64,000 bases of DNA from Bacteroidales bacterium (GTDB lineage: Bacteria > Bacteroidota > Bacteroidia > Bacteroidales > UBA7960), in NCBI GenBank assembly GCA_003559735.1, contig PWKN01000001.1, forward strand, positions 2,327 to 66,326, read 5' to 3'. Shown in pieces: positions 20,429-28,451 of the stretch; the stretch's first letter is position 1; the number at the start of each line of letters is the position of its first letter. The translations under genes and the position numbers were made by a program. Below the pieces are notes generated by a model. The model searched no databases, was not told the origin of the DNA, and saw only the letters and a program-made list of their open reading frames with translations.

Positions 20429-21184
20429 TCAGAACAGGAAGGCGACTTCCTTGGTGCCACAGGCATGTGTGACCCCACCAATGGTTGTCAGAAGGAGCTT
20501 CCCGTGCGGGTCTGTACCGGTGATCATTGCCTCGGTGACCATCCCGTTTATCAGAAACTTCATTCTTTTGTTGCAGCCCCATAGGTGCTGCAGGTAGGAT
20601 TCGTTGATCTTCTTGTGATTGCCTTTTTTAAGTGCGCTGTAGCAGGTGTCTGTTTGTCTTACTACCTCCCGGCGGCACTGATCGATATCGTGATCTGACC
20701 CGGTTAACAGTTTCAGTGATGTGGCATTGGGAATGTCTGGCGGGAAAAGTGACTGGTTGATATTGATGCCGATGCCGGCAACAGTCAGTTCACAGGTTTT
20801 TCCCATGATCCTGTTTTCAATGAGGGTTCCGGCTATTTTCCGCCCTCTGCAATAAATGTCGTTGGGCCATTTAATCGCAAAGGGTTGCTGTTTGCATATC
20901 AGTGAGAGCGCATCCCTGATGGCCAGGGCGATGCATTTGTTCAGCATAAACTGGTCGGTGGGGGGGAGGAATGTGGGTTTTAACAATAGGGAAAACAGCA
21001 GGTTCTTATTGGGTTCACCCACCCATACGGTGTTTCCCTGTCCCCGCCCTGCACTTTGCATACCCGCCTGCACCACAGTTCCCTCCGGAGGAAGCTCCGC
21101 CCCTGCCCCTGCTTCTACCATTCGCCACAATTCCTTGTTGGTAGAATCGGTTTCATTCAAATAAAAAAACGGTGCGTGGATCAT
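20429..21184 (-). CDS. birA: Biotin--[acetyl-CoA-carboxylase] ligase
   Basis: ETDSTNKEL, QSAGRGQGNTVW (GRGRxGRxW-type), KWPNDI motifs. The ORF extends to 21391, but the internal ATG at 21184 (MIHAPFFYLNETDSTN) fits the family length and clears the rsfS promoter. Confidence 0.85.
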   Translation of the reverse strand: MIHAPFFYLNETDSTNKELWRMVEAGAGAELPPEGTVVQAGMQSAGRGQGNTVWVGEPNKNLLFSLLLKPTFLPPTDQFMLNKCIALAIRDALSLICKQQPFAIKWPNDIYCRGRKIAGTLIENRIMGKTCELTVAGIGININQSLFPPDIPNATSLKLLTGSDHDIDQCRREVVRQTDTCYSALKKGNHKKINESYLQHLWGCNKRMKFLINGMVTEAMITGTDPHGKLLLTTIGGVTHACGTKEVAFLF

Positions 21185-21261
21185 GGGTGTTTTCTTTGCT
21201 GCAAAAATAGTTAAAACACGAGAGTCTGACGGTTGTTGGGCAATATGTACGTAAAAATCAT

Positions 21262-21269
21262 TAATTTTG
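21262..21269 (+). promoter_or_regulatory. TAnnTTTG (-7 type) promoter motif for rsfS-ftsH
   Basis: TAATTTTG. Its position argues that rsfS starts at ATG 21294, not at the TTG at 21267. Confidence 0.4.
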
Positions 21270-21293
21270 CAGTATATGGTTAACTTTGATCGA

Positions 21294-21668
21294 ATGACAG
21301 GTAAAAAAATCAAAAAAGATCCCTCGGTAATACTCGTCGATGCAATAATAAGAGGCATATTGGAAAAGAAAGGGGAGGAGATTATCAGCATAAACCTTGG
21401 AAAACGCCATTCACCGGTTTGCGACTTTTTTGTGATCTGTCATGGGAATTCCCGCACACATGCAACAGCAATAGCAGAATCGGTAGAAGAGGAAGTGAAC
21501 AAACTATGCAGTGTAAAACCCGCACGCCGCGAAGGTTATGCCAACGGAGAATGGCTGTTGCTCGATTACCTCGATGTGGTGGTACATGTCTTCCAGGAAC
21601 CCGTAAGGCGGCATTACCAGATCGAGGATCTCTGGGCTGATGTTCCGGCCACGCAGATACAAGGGTAG
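21294..21668 (+). CDS. rsfS: Ribosome silencing factor RsfS (iojap family)
   Basis: DFFVICHGNSRTHATAIAESV and EGYANGEWLLLDYLDVVVHVF are family-typical. 124 aa from this ATG. Confidence 0.85.
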   Translation: MTGKKIKKDPSVILVDAIIRGILEKKGEEIISINLGKRHSPVCDFFVICHGNSRTHATAIAESVEEEVNKLCSVKPARREGYANGEWLLLDYLDVVVHVFQEPVRRHYQIEDLWADVPATQIQG

Positions 21669-21714
21669 CAGGGGGACACTGTTGGGACTATATTGAATTA
21701 TTCAGAAAAAAGAA

Positions 21715-23805
21715 ATGGATCAATCAGGAAAGAAACAAAGCAATAAAGGCTTGCAGGGAGAGAATAAAAAACCTGCCGGCAATCAACCTGGCAGGAGGCC
21801 CCCTGCCGGAGGTCCTGGTAATAACAAAGGAGGCAGGAAACCCGGCTTCAGTTTTTATTGGGTATATGCACTATTGGCAGCGGTTTTTATCGGATTGCAA
21901 TTTTTTAATTGGGGTGGTACAGCCACAGAAATATCACAACGCCGCTTTGAAAGCGAAATCCTGACATGGGATGAAGAGGATGGGACCGATATTGAAAAGA
22001 TCGTGATCGTCAACCAGGAACTGGTTGAAGTGTACATAAGGGAAGATCGCCTGTACAAGGAGAAATACGATGATGTGGATCCCGGACGGGGAATCGGGGA
22101 CCAGAGAAGTGGGCCACATTATACATTCCGGATAGCCTCTGTTGAAAACTTTGAAAACATTGTCAGGGAGGTCCAGGGCGAATGGCCTTCTGAAGACAGG
22201 ATCGATGTGTATGCTGAAACACGGAGAAGCTGGGGGACAGATGTGTTGAGCTGGCTCTTGCCTATTGGATTGCTGATCGCTTTCTGGATATTTATCATGC
22301 GCAGAATGGCCGGAGGGGGTGGTCCGGGGGGACAAATATTCAATATTGGCAAATCCAAGGCAACGCTGTTTGATAAAGACACCCATGTTAGTATTGACTT
22401 TAAGGATGTGGCAGGACTGGAGGAAGCTAAGGTAGAGCTCATGGAGATCGTTGATTTTTTGAAGAACCCGAAAAAGTATACCGAGCTGGGCGGGAAAATT
22501 CCAAAGGGAGCGCTCCTGGTTGGTCCACCAGGTACCGGCAAAACATTGCTGGCAAAAGCGGTAGCGGGTCAGGCACAGGTGCCGTTCTTCTCTCTCAGCG
22601 GGTCCGATTTTGTTGAAATGTTTGTCGGGGTAGGTGCTTCCAGGGTGCGCGATCTGTTTAAACAAGCAAAGGAGAAAGCCCCCTGTATTATTTTTATTGA
22701 TGAGATAGACGCCATTGGTCGTGCCCGGGGGAAAAACCCGGTGACCGGATCGAATGATGAGCGGGAAAACACCCTCAACCAGCTGTTGGCAGAAATGGAC
22801 GGGTTTGGAACAAATATCGGTGTCATCATCCTTGCAGCCACCAACAGGGCGGATGTGCTGGACAGGGCATTGATGCGTGCAGGTCGCTTTGACCGGCAGA
22901 TCCATGTAGAAATGCCCGACCTGACCGAGCGCGAAGCCATTTTTAAAGTGCATATGAAACCCCTGAAGCTTGGAAAGGGGCTTAAACCAGACTTCCTGGC
23001 CAAACAGACGCCCGGCTTTTCGGGAGCCGATATCGCAAATGTGTGTAACGAAGCAGCATTGATCGCTGCGCGGCGAAATAAAAAAGTGGTTGAGAAACAA
23101 CACTTTCTGGATGCTGTTGACCGGATCATCGGGGGACTTGAGAAACGGAATAAGATCATATCGCCCAATGAGAAGAAGGTGATCGCATACCATGAATCTG
23201 GTCATGCGGCTGCCAGCTGGATGCTTGAACATGCGCATCCGCTGGTGAAAGTTACCATTGTCCCAAGGGGAAAGGCACTCGGTGCAGCCTGGTATCTTCC
23301 GGAGGAACGACAGATATCGACATTTGACCAGATGTTTGATGAAATTACCAGCACCCTTGGCGGAAGGGCAGCAGAAGAGATCATTTTTGGAAAAATATCG
23401 ACAGGGGCACTCAACGACCTTGAAAAGGTAACCAAGCAAGCATATGCCATGGTGGTCTATTTTGGGCTGAACAAAAAGATTGGCAACATCAGCTTTTATG
23501 ATTCCAGCGGCCAGAATGAATATACTTTTACGAAGCCATATTCAGAAAGAACGGCACAAACAATTGATGAAGAAGTGAGTGCCCTGGTTGAAAAAGCCTA
23601 TCACCGGGCGAAAGAGATCCTTGAGGAACATAAGGATAAACTAACCCGGCTGGGTGACCAGTTGTTGGAAAAAGAGGTCATATTTCGTGAAGACCTTGAA
23701 GAGATATTCGGCGAACGTCCTTTCCCCGATCCGGAAACATCAAAAGAAAAGGAAATTCAGGTTGGCAGTTCAGTGGTCAGCAGCAAGCCAGGAAAAAGGA
23801 ACTGA
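21715..23805 (+). CDS. ftsH: ATP-dependent zinc metalloprotease FtsH
   Basis: Two TM helices, Walker A GPPGTGKT, Walker B IIFIDEID, SRH, zinc site HESGHA. Confidence 0.97.
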   Translation: MDQSGKKQSNKGLQGENKKPAGNQPGRRPPAGGPGNNKGGRKPGFSFYWVYALLAAVFIGLQFFNWGGTATEISQRRFESEILTWDEEDGTDIEKIVIVNQELVEVYIREDRLYKEKYDDVDPGRGIGDQRSGPHYTFRIASVENFENIVREVQGEWPSEDRIDVYAETRRSWGTDVLSWLLPIGLLIAFWIFIMRRMAGGGGPGGQIFNIGKSKATLFDKDTHVSIDFKDVAGLEEAKVELMEIVDFLKNPKKYTELGGKIPKGALLVGPPGTGKTLLAKAVAGQAQVPFFSLSGSDFVEMFVGVGASRVRDLFKQAKEKAPCIIFIDEIDAIGRARGKNPVTGSNDERENTLNQLLAEMDGFGTNIGVIILAATNRADVLDRALMRAGRFDRQIHVEMPDLTEREAIFKVHMKPLKLGKGLKPDFLAKQTPGFSGADIANVCNEAALIAARRNKKVVEKQHFLDAVDRIIGGLEKRNKIISPNEKKVIAYHESGHAAASWMLEHAHPLVKVTIVPRGKALGAAWYLPEERQISTFDQMFDEITSTLGGRAAEEIIFGKISTGALNDLEKVTKQAYAMVVYFGLNKKIGNISFYDSSGQNEYTFTKPYSERTAQTIDEEVSALVEKAYHRAKEILEEHKDKLTRLGDQLLEKEVIFREDLEEIFGERPFPDPETSKEKEIQVGSSVVSSKPGKRN

Positions 23806-23820
23806 TAACATGAACATCCA

Positions 23821-24465
23821 ATGAAGGGAGTTACATCAAAAGAAGAGGTGTTAAAAAGAGTTCGCGACGCATTGGTCAATACAATGCCTGCCCCTTATGA
23901 TGTTTCAAATACCGATGGAGATGTCATGCATATGCCGCATGGCGACTTCCGGGAGGAGCAATTTGTCCGTTCATTTAATGAGAACGGCGGGAAATTCATT
24001 TTTTGTCCTGATGTGCAGGATATGGCAAACAGTATGCTGGCACTGATAAAACAGGAAAACCTGGCAAAATTGTATTGCCGTGATGCATTCCTGGTTGACT
24101 TTTTGAAAGGCATCGGACTGGATTGCGAGCAGGATCCCGGACAAGTTCATGCGGTTGATGCTTCAATAACGGCATGTGAGGCCCTCGTGGTGCGGCATGG
24201 TTCCATTGTATTCAGCAGCCGGCAGGAATGTGGCAGAAAAAGTATTTCTGCTGCACCCGTACATATTGTAGTAGCTACCAGTCAGCAATTTGCCAATGAC
24301 CTGGCAGATGCCTTTCATTTTATCAGAAGGAAGTACGGCAATAAGTTGCCGGCTTTGATTACTTTTGTCAGCGGTCCGAGCCGTACCGCTGACATTGAAA
24401 AAACGCTGGTGCAGGGTGCCCATGGCCCAAAAGAACTGTATCTTTTTATGCTCGATATCAGGTAA
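23821..24465 (+). CDS. LUD domain protein (LutC/YkgG-like)
   Basis: C-terminal FVSGPSRTADIEKTLVQGAHGPKEL matches the LUD-domain signature as I remember it. Confidence 0.75.
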   Translation: MKGVTSKEEVLKRVRDALVNTMPAPYDVSNTDGDVMHMPHGDFREEQFVRSFNENGGKFIFCPDVQDMANSMLALIKQENLAKLYCRDAFLVDFLKGIGLDCEQDPGQVHAVDASITACEALVVRHGSIVFSSRQECGRKSISAAPVHIVVATSQQFANDLADAFHFIRRKYGNKLPALITFVSGPSRTADIEKTLVQGAHGPKELYLFMLDIR

Positions 24466-24488
24466 TTGAACCATTTCTGGTTAGAAAA

Positions 24489-24692
24489 ATGGACAGTAAC
24501 TGGCGTAAGGTGTATAGCAATAATTACCAGCACAAGGTAGAGATTGTGCAGGCCGTGTTGGAGGAAGAAGGTATTGCAAGTGTAATAATGAACAAAAAGG
24601 ATTCTGCTTATCTTTTTGGAGAGATTGAATTGTATGTTCAGGCTGATAATGTGATAAAATCAAAACAGATCATCAATAAGGAGTCGTTGTGA
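24489..24692 (+). CDS. Small DUF2007-like protein
   Basis: 67 aa. Its stop overlaps the cdsA GTG start (GTGA). The sequence pattern (VEIVQAVLEEEGIASVIMNKKDS) resembles DUF2007; assignment from memory. Confidence 0.5.
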   Translation: MDSNWRKVYSNNYQHKVEIVQAVLEEEGIASVIMNKKDSAYLFGEIELYVQADNVIKSKQIINKESL

Positions 24693-25507
24693 GTAATTTA
24701 GCTACAAGAACCGTAACGGGCATTGTGCTGGTTGTCCTGGTTATTGCAGCCATCATAACCGATCAGCATTTGTTCGCCCTGCTCTTCCTTGCTTTTACCA
24801 TGATGGGCTTGTGGGAGTTTTATACGCTGGTTGAACGCGCGGGTGTATTGCCCAACAAGTTGGCCGGACTTTTTGCAGGGATGGTGTTGTTTATCACCAA
24901 TGCGCTGGTTGCTTTGAATATGATGGACATTGAGTGGCTGCTGATCAATTTTGTGTGCATATTCCTCATCTTCCTTTTTGAACTCTACCGCGAAAATCCA
25001 AATCCATTTACCAATATTGCGTTTACATTTTTTGGCCTCCTGTATGTGGCCGTTCCGTTTTCCCTGTTGAATTATTTTCCAAATCCTGCGTTTATCCCAG
25101 GCGTTTATCATTCCAGTCTGCTGCTCGGGTTCTTTTTTCTCATATGGATCAATGACACGGGTGCATACCTGGTGGGTTCGGCCATTGGACGCCACCGGTT
25201 GTTTAAAAGGGTGTCTCTGAAGAAAACCTGGGAAGGTGCAATCGGGGGGGGGGTGCTGGCAATGGTGTGTGCATACATTATTTCTTTTTATTATGTGCAC
25301 ATCACTGTGTCCGACTGGATGGTCATTGCCATCATGGTGATTGTGTTCGGATCTTATGGCGACTTGTTTGAATCGATGTTTAAGCGAAGCATCAATACAA
25401 AAGACAGCGGCAATATCCTCCCTGGTCATGGTGGAATACTGGATCGTTTTGACGGGGTGTTCATGGCTGCACCCTTTGTGTTTGTATACCTGTTGATGAA
25501 TTATTGA
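24689..25507 (+). CDS. cdsA: Phosphatidate cytidylyltransferase
   Basis: Multi-TM protein with signature SMFKRSINTKDSGNILPGHGGILDRFDG. Confidence 0.92.
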   Translation: MSNLATRTVTGIVLVVLVIAAIITDQHLFALLFLAFTMMGLWEFYTLVERAGVLPNKLAGLFAGMVLFITNALVALNMMDIEWLLINFVCIFLIFLFELYRENPNPFTNIAFTFFGLLYVAVPFSLLNYFPNPAFIPGVYHSSLLLGFFFLIWINDTGAYLVGSAIGRHRLFKRVSLKKTWEGAIGGGVLAMVCAYIISFYYVHITVSDWMVIAIMVIVFGSYGDLFESMFKRSINTKDSGNILPGHGGILDRFDGVFMAAPFVFVYLLMNY

Positions 25508-25521
25508 CGTATATGTGCAGT

Positions 25522-25554
25522 CATAACGCAGAAATCGAATGGTAGAGACAGATA
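25522..25554 (+). repeat. Copy A of a 33-nt direct repeat (partner at 28374..28406)
   Basis: CATAACGCAGAAATCGAATGGTAGAGACAGATA versus CATAACGCAGAAACCGGATGGCAGAGACAGACA. 29/33 identical, and all four differences are transitions. Confidence 0.8.
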
Positions 25555-26231
25555 CAAAATTTATGATCATGAACATACACAAAGAAGGAAGAAAAACAGT
25601 GGTTGTTACGGCTGCGATCATGGTCATACTGGCCTTGTTTGTTTACTGGTTTCTGCCGTTTGGTCATTGGACTTCTCATGCGGTTGTGCTGCTTTTGCTC
25701 GCATGTTTTGTGTGTGTTGCCTGGTTTTTTCGCTCGCCGGCGAGACATATTGTTGCTAACCGGACAGCCATCATCTGTCCGGCAGACGGGAAAATCATTT
25801 CCATTGAAGAATCCCTGGAAGATGAGGTGCTGAATCAACCAATGATGAAAGTATCGGTCTTTATGTCGCCGCTGAATGTTCACCTCAACAGGGTGCCTGT
25901 TGACGGAAAGGTGATCTTTTACCGTTACCATCCGGGGAAATATCTTGTAGCCTGGCATCCCAAATCGAGCAAGTTGAATGAACACAACACCATTGTGATA
26001 GAAACACCTGACGGGATCAGGATACTCCTCAGGCAGATTGCGGGGGCCGTTGCCCGTCGCATTGTATGCTATTGCAGCGAAGGGAAAGAGGTAAAACAAG
26101 GGGAGGAGCTTGGATTTATCAAATTTGGTTCGCGCGTGGATCTGTATCTGCCTGTTAATGCCAGCTTGCTGGTTCAACCCGGCGATAAGGTGGTTGCCGG
26201 AATTACAACCATCGCAAACATACATCCCTGA
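25539..26231 (+). CDS. psd: Phosphatidylserine decarboxylase proenzyme
   Basis: LGFIKFGSRVDLYLP carries the G-S self-cleavage site. N-terminal TM helices. Alternative starts at 25563 and 25569 (MNIHKEGRK). Confidence 0.9.
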   Translation: MVETDTKFMIMNIHKEGRKTVVVTAAIMVILALFVYWFLPFGHWTSHAVVLLLLACFVCVAWFFRSPARHIVANRTAIICPADGKIISIEESLEDEVLNQPMMKVSVFMSPLNVHLNRVPVDGKVIFYRYHPGKYLVAWHPKSSKLNEHNTIVIETPDGIRILLRQIAGAVARRIVCYCSEGKEVKQGEELGFIKFGSRVDLYLPVNASLLVQPGDKVVAGITTIANIHP

Positions 26232-26354
26232 TCATCATGCTGGTCTGCTGGTTTTCCATAACCCATTTTGCAAAAAAACCGGGAAGCATTCCTCTTTGAA
26301 CAACTCCATAAAGGCAAGGTGACCGAAGTTAGCCCGCAGACTTCATCCTGCAGA

Positions 26355-28268
26355 CTATTTACTCCACTGCAGGGTACGGTTGCTGTCTTCCGTGATGATT
26401 CGGTTGTCTTTCAGGTAACGGATCACCGACAGTATTTTATTCTCAGACAGGGATATATCTGAGCGCTCCACCAATTGCTCCAGGGTAAGTTTTTCATTCA
26501 TGATCATGCTTTTGATGGTTTCAATCAATTGGTCAAATTCGATGGAAGATACACCTGCTTTGTTCTTGTTCAGACATACGTCGCATTGTCCGCAAGGCAA
26601 CGCACTGGTTTCTCCGAAATAGGACAATAAGAACAAGCTTCTGCATTTTGTTGAAGATACAGAATAGTCAACCATCGCCTGCATCCTTTTGCGGGCAAAC
26701 CGTTTCCTCTCTTTGTATACTTCTTTGGAGATGGTCAGGTCCGTTCCTGCGACCCGTTCCCTGATAAAAACAACCACCGGGGTCTCATTTTGTGCATTAT
26801 AATGCAATATATTCATGTTGTGAAGGTCGGTAAGCATTTTTTTTGCTGTGGGTACAGGCATACCCCCCCTTTTTGCAATGTCGGCTTCCCTGATCTTTGT
26901 AAACTCTGTAAATAAGCCGGTATATGACCGAAGGAGGATTTTTATGAACGGTTCGTAATGCGGACTGGCAACCTGGAAACGGTACAGCTCTTCCTTGTTT
27001 ACCATGAACATCATTCTCGACGGATTGGCAAGGGCTTCAGATACGGCTAAATAACCTTCCCGCTCCAAAAAACCCAGGGCGTTGAAAACAATCAGCGGGT
27101 CAAAATTGTACGTTCTGGAAAAGTCCACCAGGTCAAATGGCATGCTTTGATCTTTGCCACTGCCTATGGCCAGCTGAAAATAGTTCCCCAGACTGTTGTA
27201 TATTTTTTTGACCTCGGCAAGGGGGGGATAAGAACGTTCGTGAAACCGCCTTAAGTCAATAATATCTGACCGGTTATACAAAAGGATGGCAAACGATTTC
27301 CGGCCATCCCGGCCGGCGCGTCCTGCTTCCTGGAAATATGCCTCCGGACTGTCGGGGAGGTCCATGTGTACCACAAACCGGACATTCGGTTTGTCAATTC
27401 CCATTCCGAAAGCGTTGGTTGACACAATCACCCTTGTTCTTTCCTTCATCCACGCATCTTGCCTGGCATCCCTCTCTTGTGAGGTCAGACCCGCATGGTA
27501 ATGGCCGGCGCTGATGGTGCGCTCAGCCAGCCAATCGGCTATCTCCCTCGTCCTTTTACGGTTCCGTACATACACAACACCGGTGCCTTTAATGCTGGTG
27601 CACACCTTTAACAGTCGTTTCAGCTTGTCTTCTTCATTGAAAACAACGTAGGCAAGGTTCTTTCGCTCAAAACTCTTTTGAAACACCCTGTCATTTCTGA
27701 ACTGCAGCTTTTCACGGATGTCTGCTATGACATTCTTTGTGGCCGTCGCGGTCAAAGCCAGCACCGGTGTGCCAGGAATTATGGAGCGTATTTCTGCGAT
27801 CCGGATGTAAGGCGGACGGAAGTCATAACCCCATTGTGATATGCAATGGGCCTCGTCAACGGCGAGAAGATTCACCTGCATTTTTTCCAGGCGGCTGCGG
27901 ATCAGGTCTGTAGCCAGGCGCTCCGGACTCATATAGAGGAATTTGACATCTCCGTATACACAGTTGTCCACCGCATTGTCAATTTCAGGTTTGCTCAGCC
28001 CGTGATATATGCCTGCAGCTTTTATTCCTTTGTTCTTAAGTGCCTGCACCTGGTCCTTCATCAGGGCGATCAGCGGACTGATAACTATGCACAAACCATC
28101 CATTGCGATACCCGGAACCTGGTAGCAGAGTGATTTACCTCCCCCTGTCGGCAATAGCGCCAGGGTGTCTCTCCCCTCCATGACCGAACGGATAATATCC
28201 TCCTGTAATGGGCGGAATGAACAATACCCCCAGTATTTTAACAGAAGCGACTGAAGCTCCGTTGCCAT
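26355..28268 (-). CDS. recQ: RecQ-family ATP-dependent DNA helicase
   Basis: LLPTGGGKSLCYQ (Walker A), DEAHCISQWGYDFRP (DEAH), helicase C, zinc-binding cysteines (CRSLFLLSYFGE...CGQCDVC). Confidence 0.92.
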   Translation of the reverse strand: MATELQSLLLKYWGYCSFRPLQEDIIRSVMEGRDTLALLPTGGGKSLCYQVPGIAMDGLCIVISPLIALMKDQVQALKNKGIKAAGIYHGLSKPEIDNAVDNCVYGDVKFLYMSPERLATDLIRSRLEKMQVNLLAVDEAHCISQWGYDFRPPYIRIAEIRSIIPGTPVLALTATATKNVIADIREKLQFRNDRVFQKSFERKNLAYVVFNEEDKLKRLLKVCTSIKGTGVVYVRNRKRTREIADWLAERTISAGHYHAGLTSQERDARQDAWMKERTRVIVSTNAFGMGIDKPNVRFVVHMDLPDSPEAYFQEAGRAGRDGRKSFAILLYNRSDIIDLRRFHERSYPPLAEVKKIYNSLGNYFQLAIGSGKDQSMPFDLVDFSRTYNFDPLIVFNALGFLEREGYLAVSEALANPSRMMFMVNKEELYRFQVASPHYEPFIKILLRSYTGLFTEFTKIREADIAKRGGMPVPTAKKMLTDLHNMNILHYNAQNETPVVVFIRERVAGTDLTISKEVYKERKRFARKRMQAMVDYSVSSTKCRSLFLLSYFGETSALPCGQCDVCLNKNKAGVSSIEFDQLIETIKSMIMNEKLTLEQLVERSDISLSENKILSVIRYLKDNRIITEDSNRTLQWSK

Positions 28269-28373
28269 TTGTCATGTTTTCAAGTAGTGTATCAAAAATA
28301 CATGAAATTTTTCTATAACAACAGGTTAGATTGTTATAGGTTTACAATCATGGTTAACCGGAAACAAAACAAG

Positions 28374-28406
28374 CATAACGCAGAAACCGGATGGCAGAGA
28401 CAGACA
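28374..28406 (+). repeat. Copy B of the 33-nt direct repeat
   Basis: See copy A. Lies between the feoB stop and the recQ start (both on the minus strand). Its ATG opens only a 7-codon ORF (MAETDSK stop). Confidence 0.8.
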
Positions 28407-28451
28407 GTAAGTAGATTATAAACAGTAGGGCAGGGCAGGGCCTGTGGGTGA

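Noticed and set aside
21934-23439. 501-aa ORF on the minus strand
   Set aside because: It lies entirely antisense to ftsH, whose identity is unambiguous. The translation is Cys/His/Phe-rich with no recognisable motif. This is a shadow ORF.
24698-26225. 309-aa and 234-aa minus-strand ORFs antisense to cdsA and psd
   Set aside because: Both are shadow ORFs of well-supported plus-strand genes. Their only notable feature, the peptide IRFLRY, is the translation of the 33-nt intergenic repeat reported separately.
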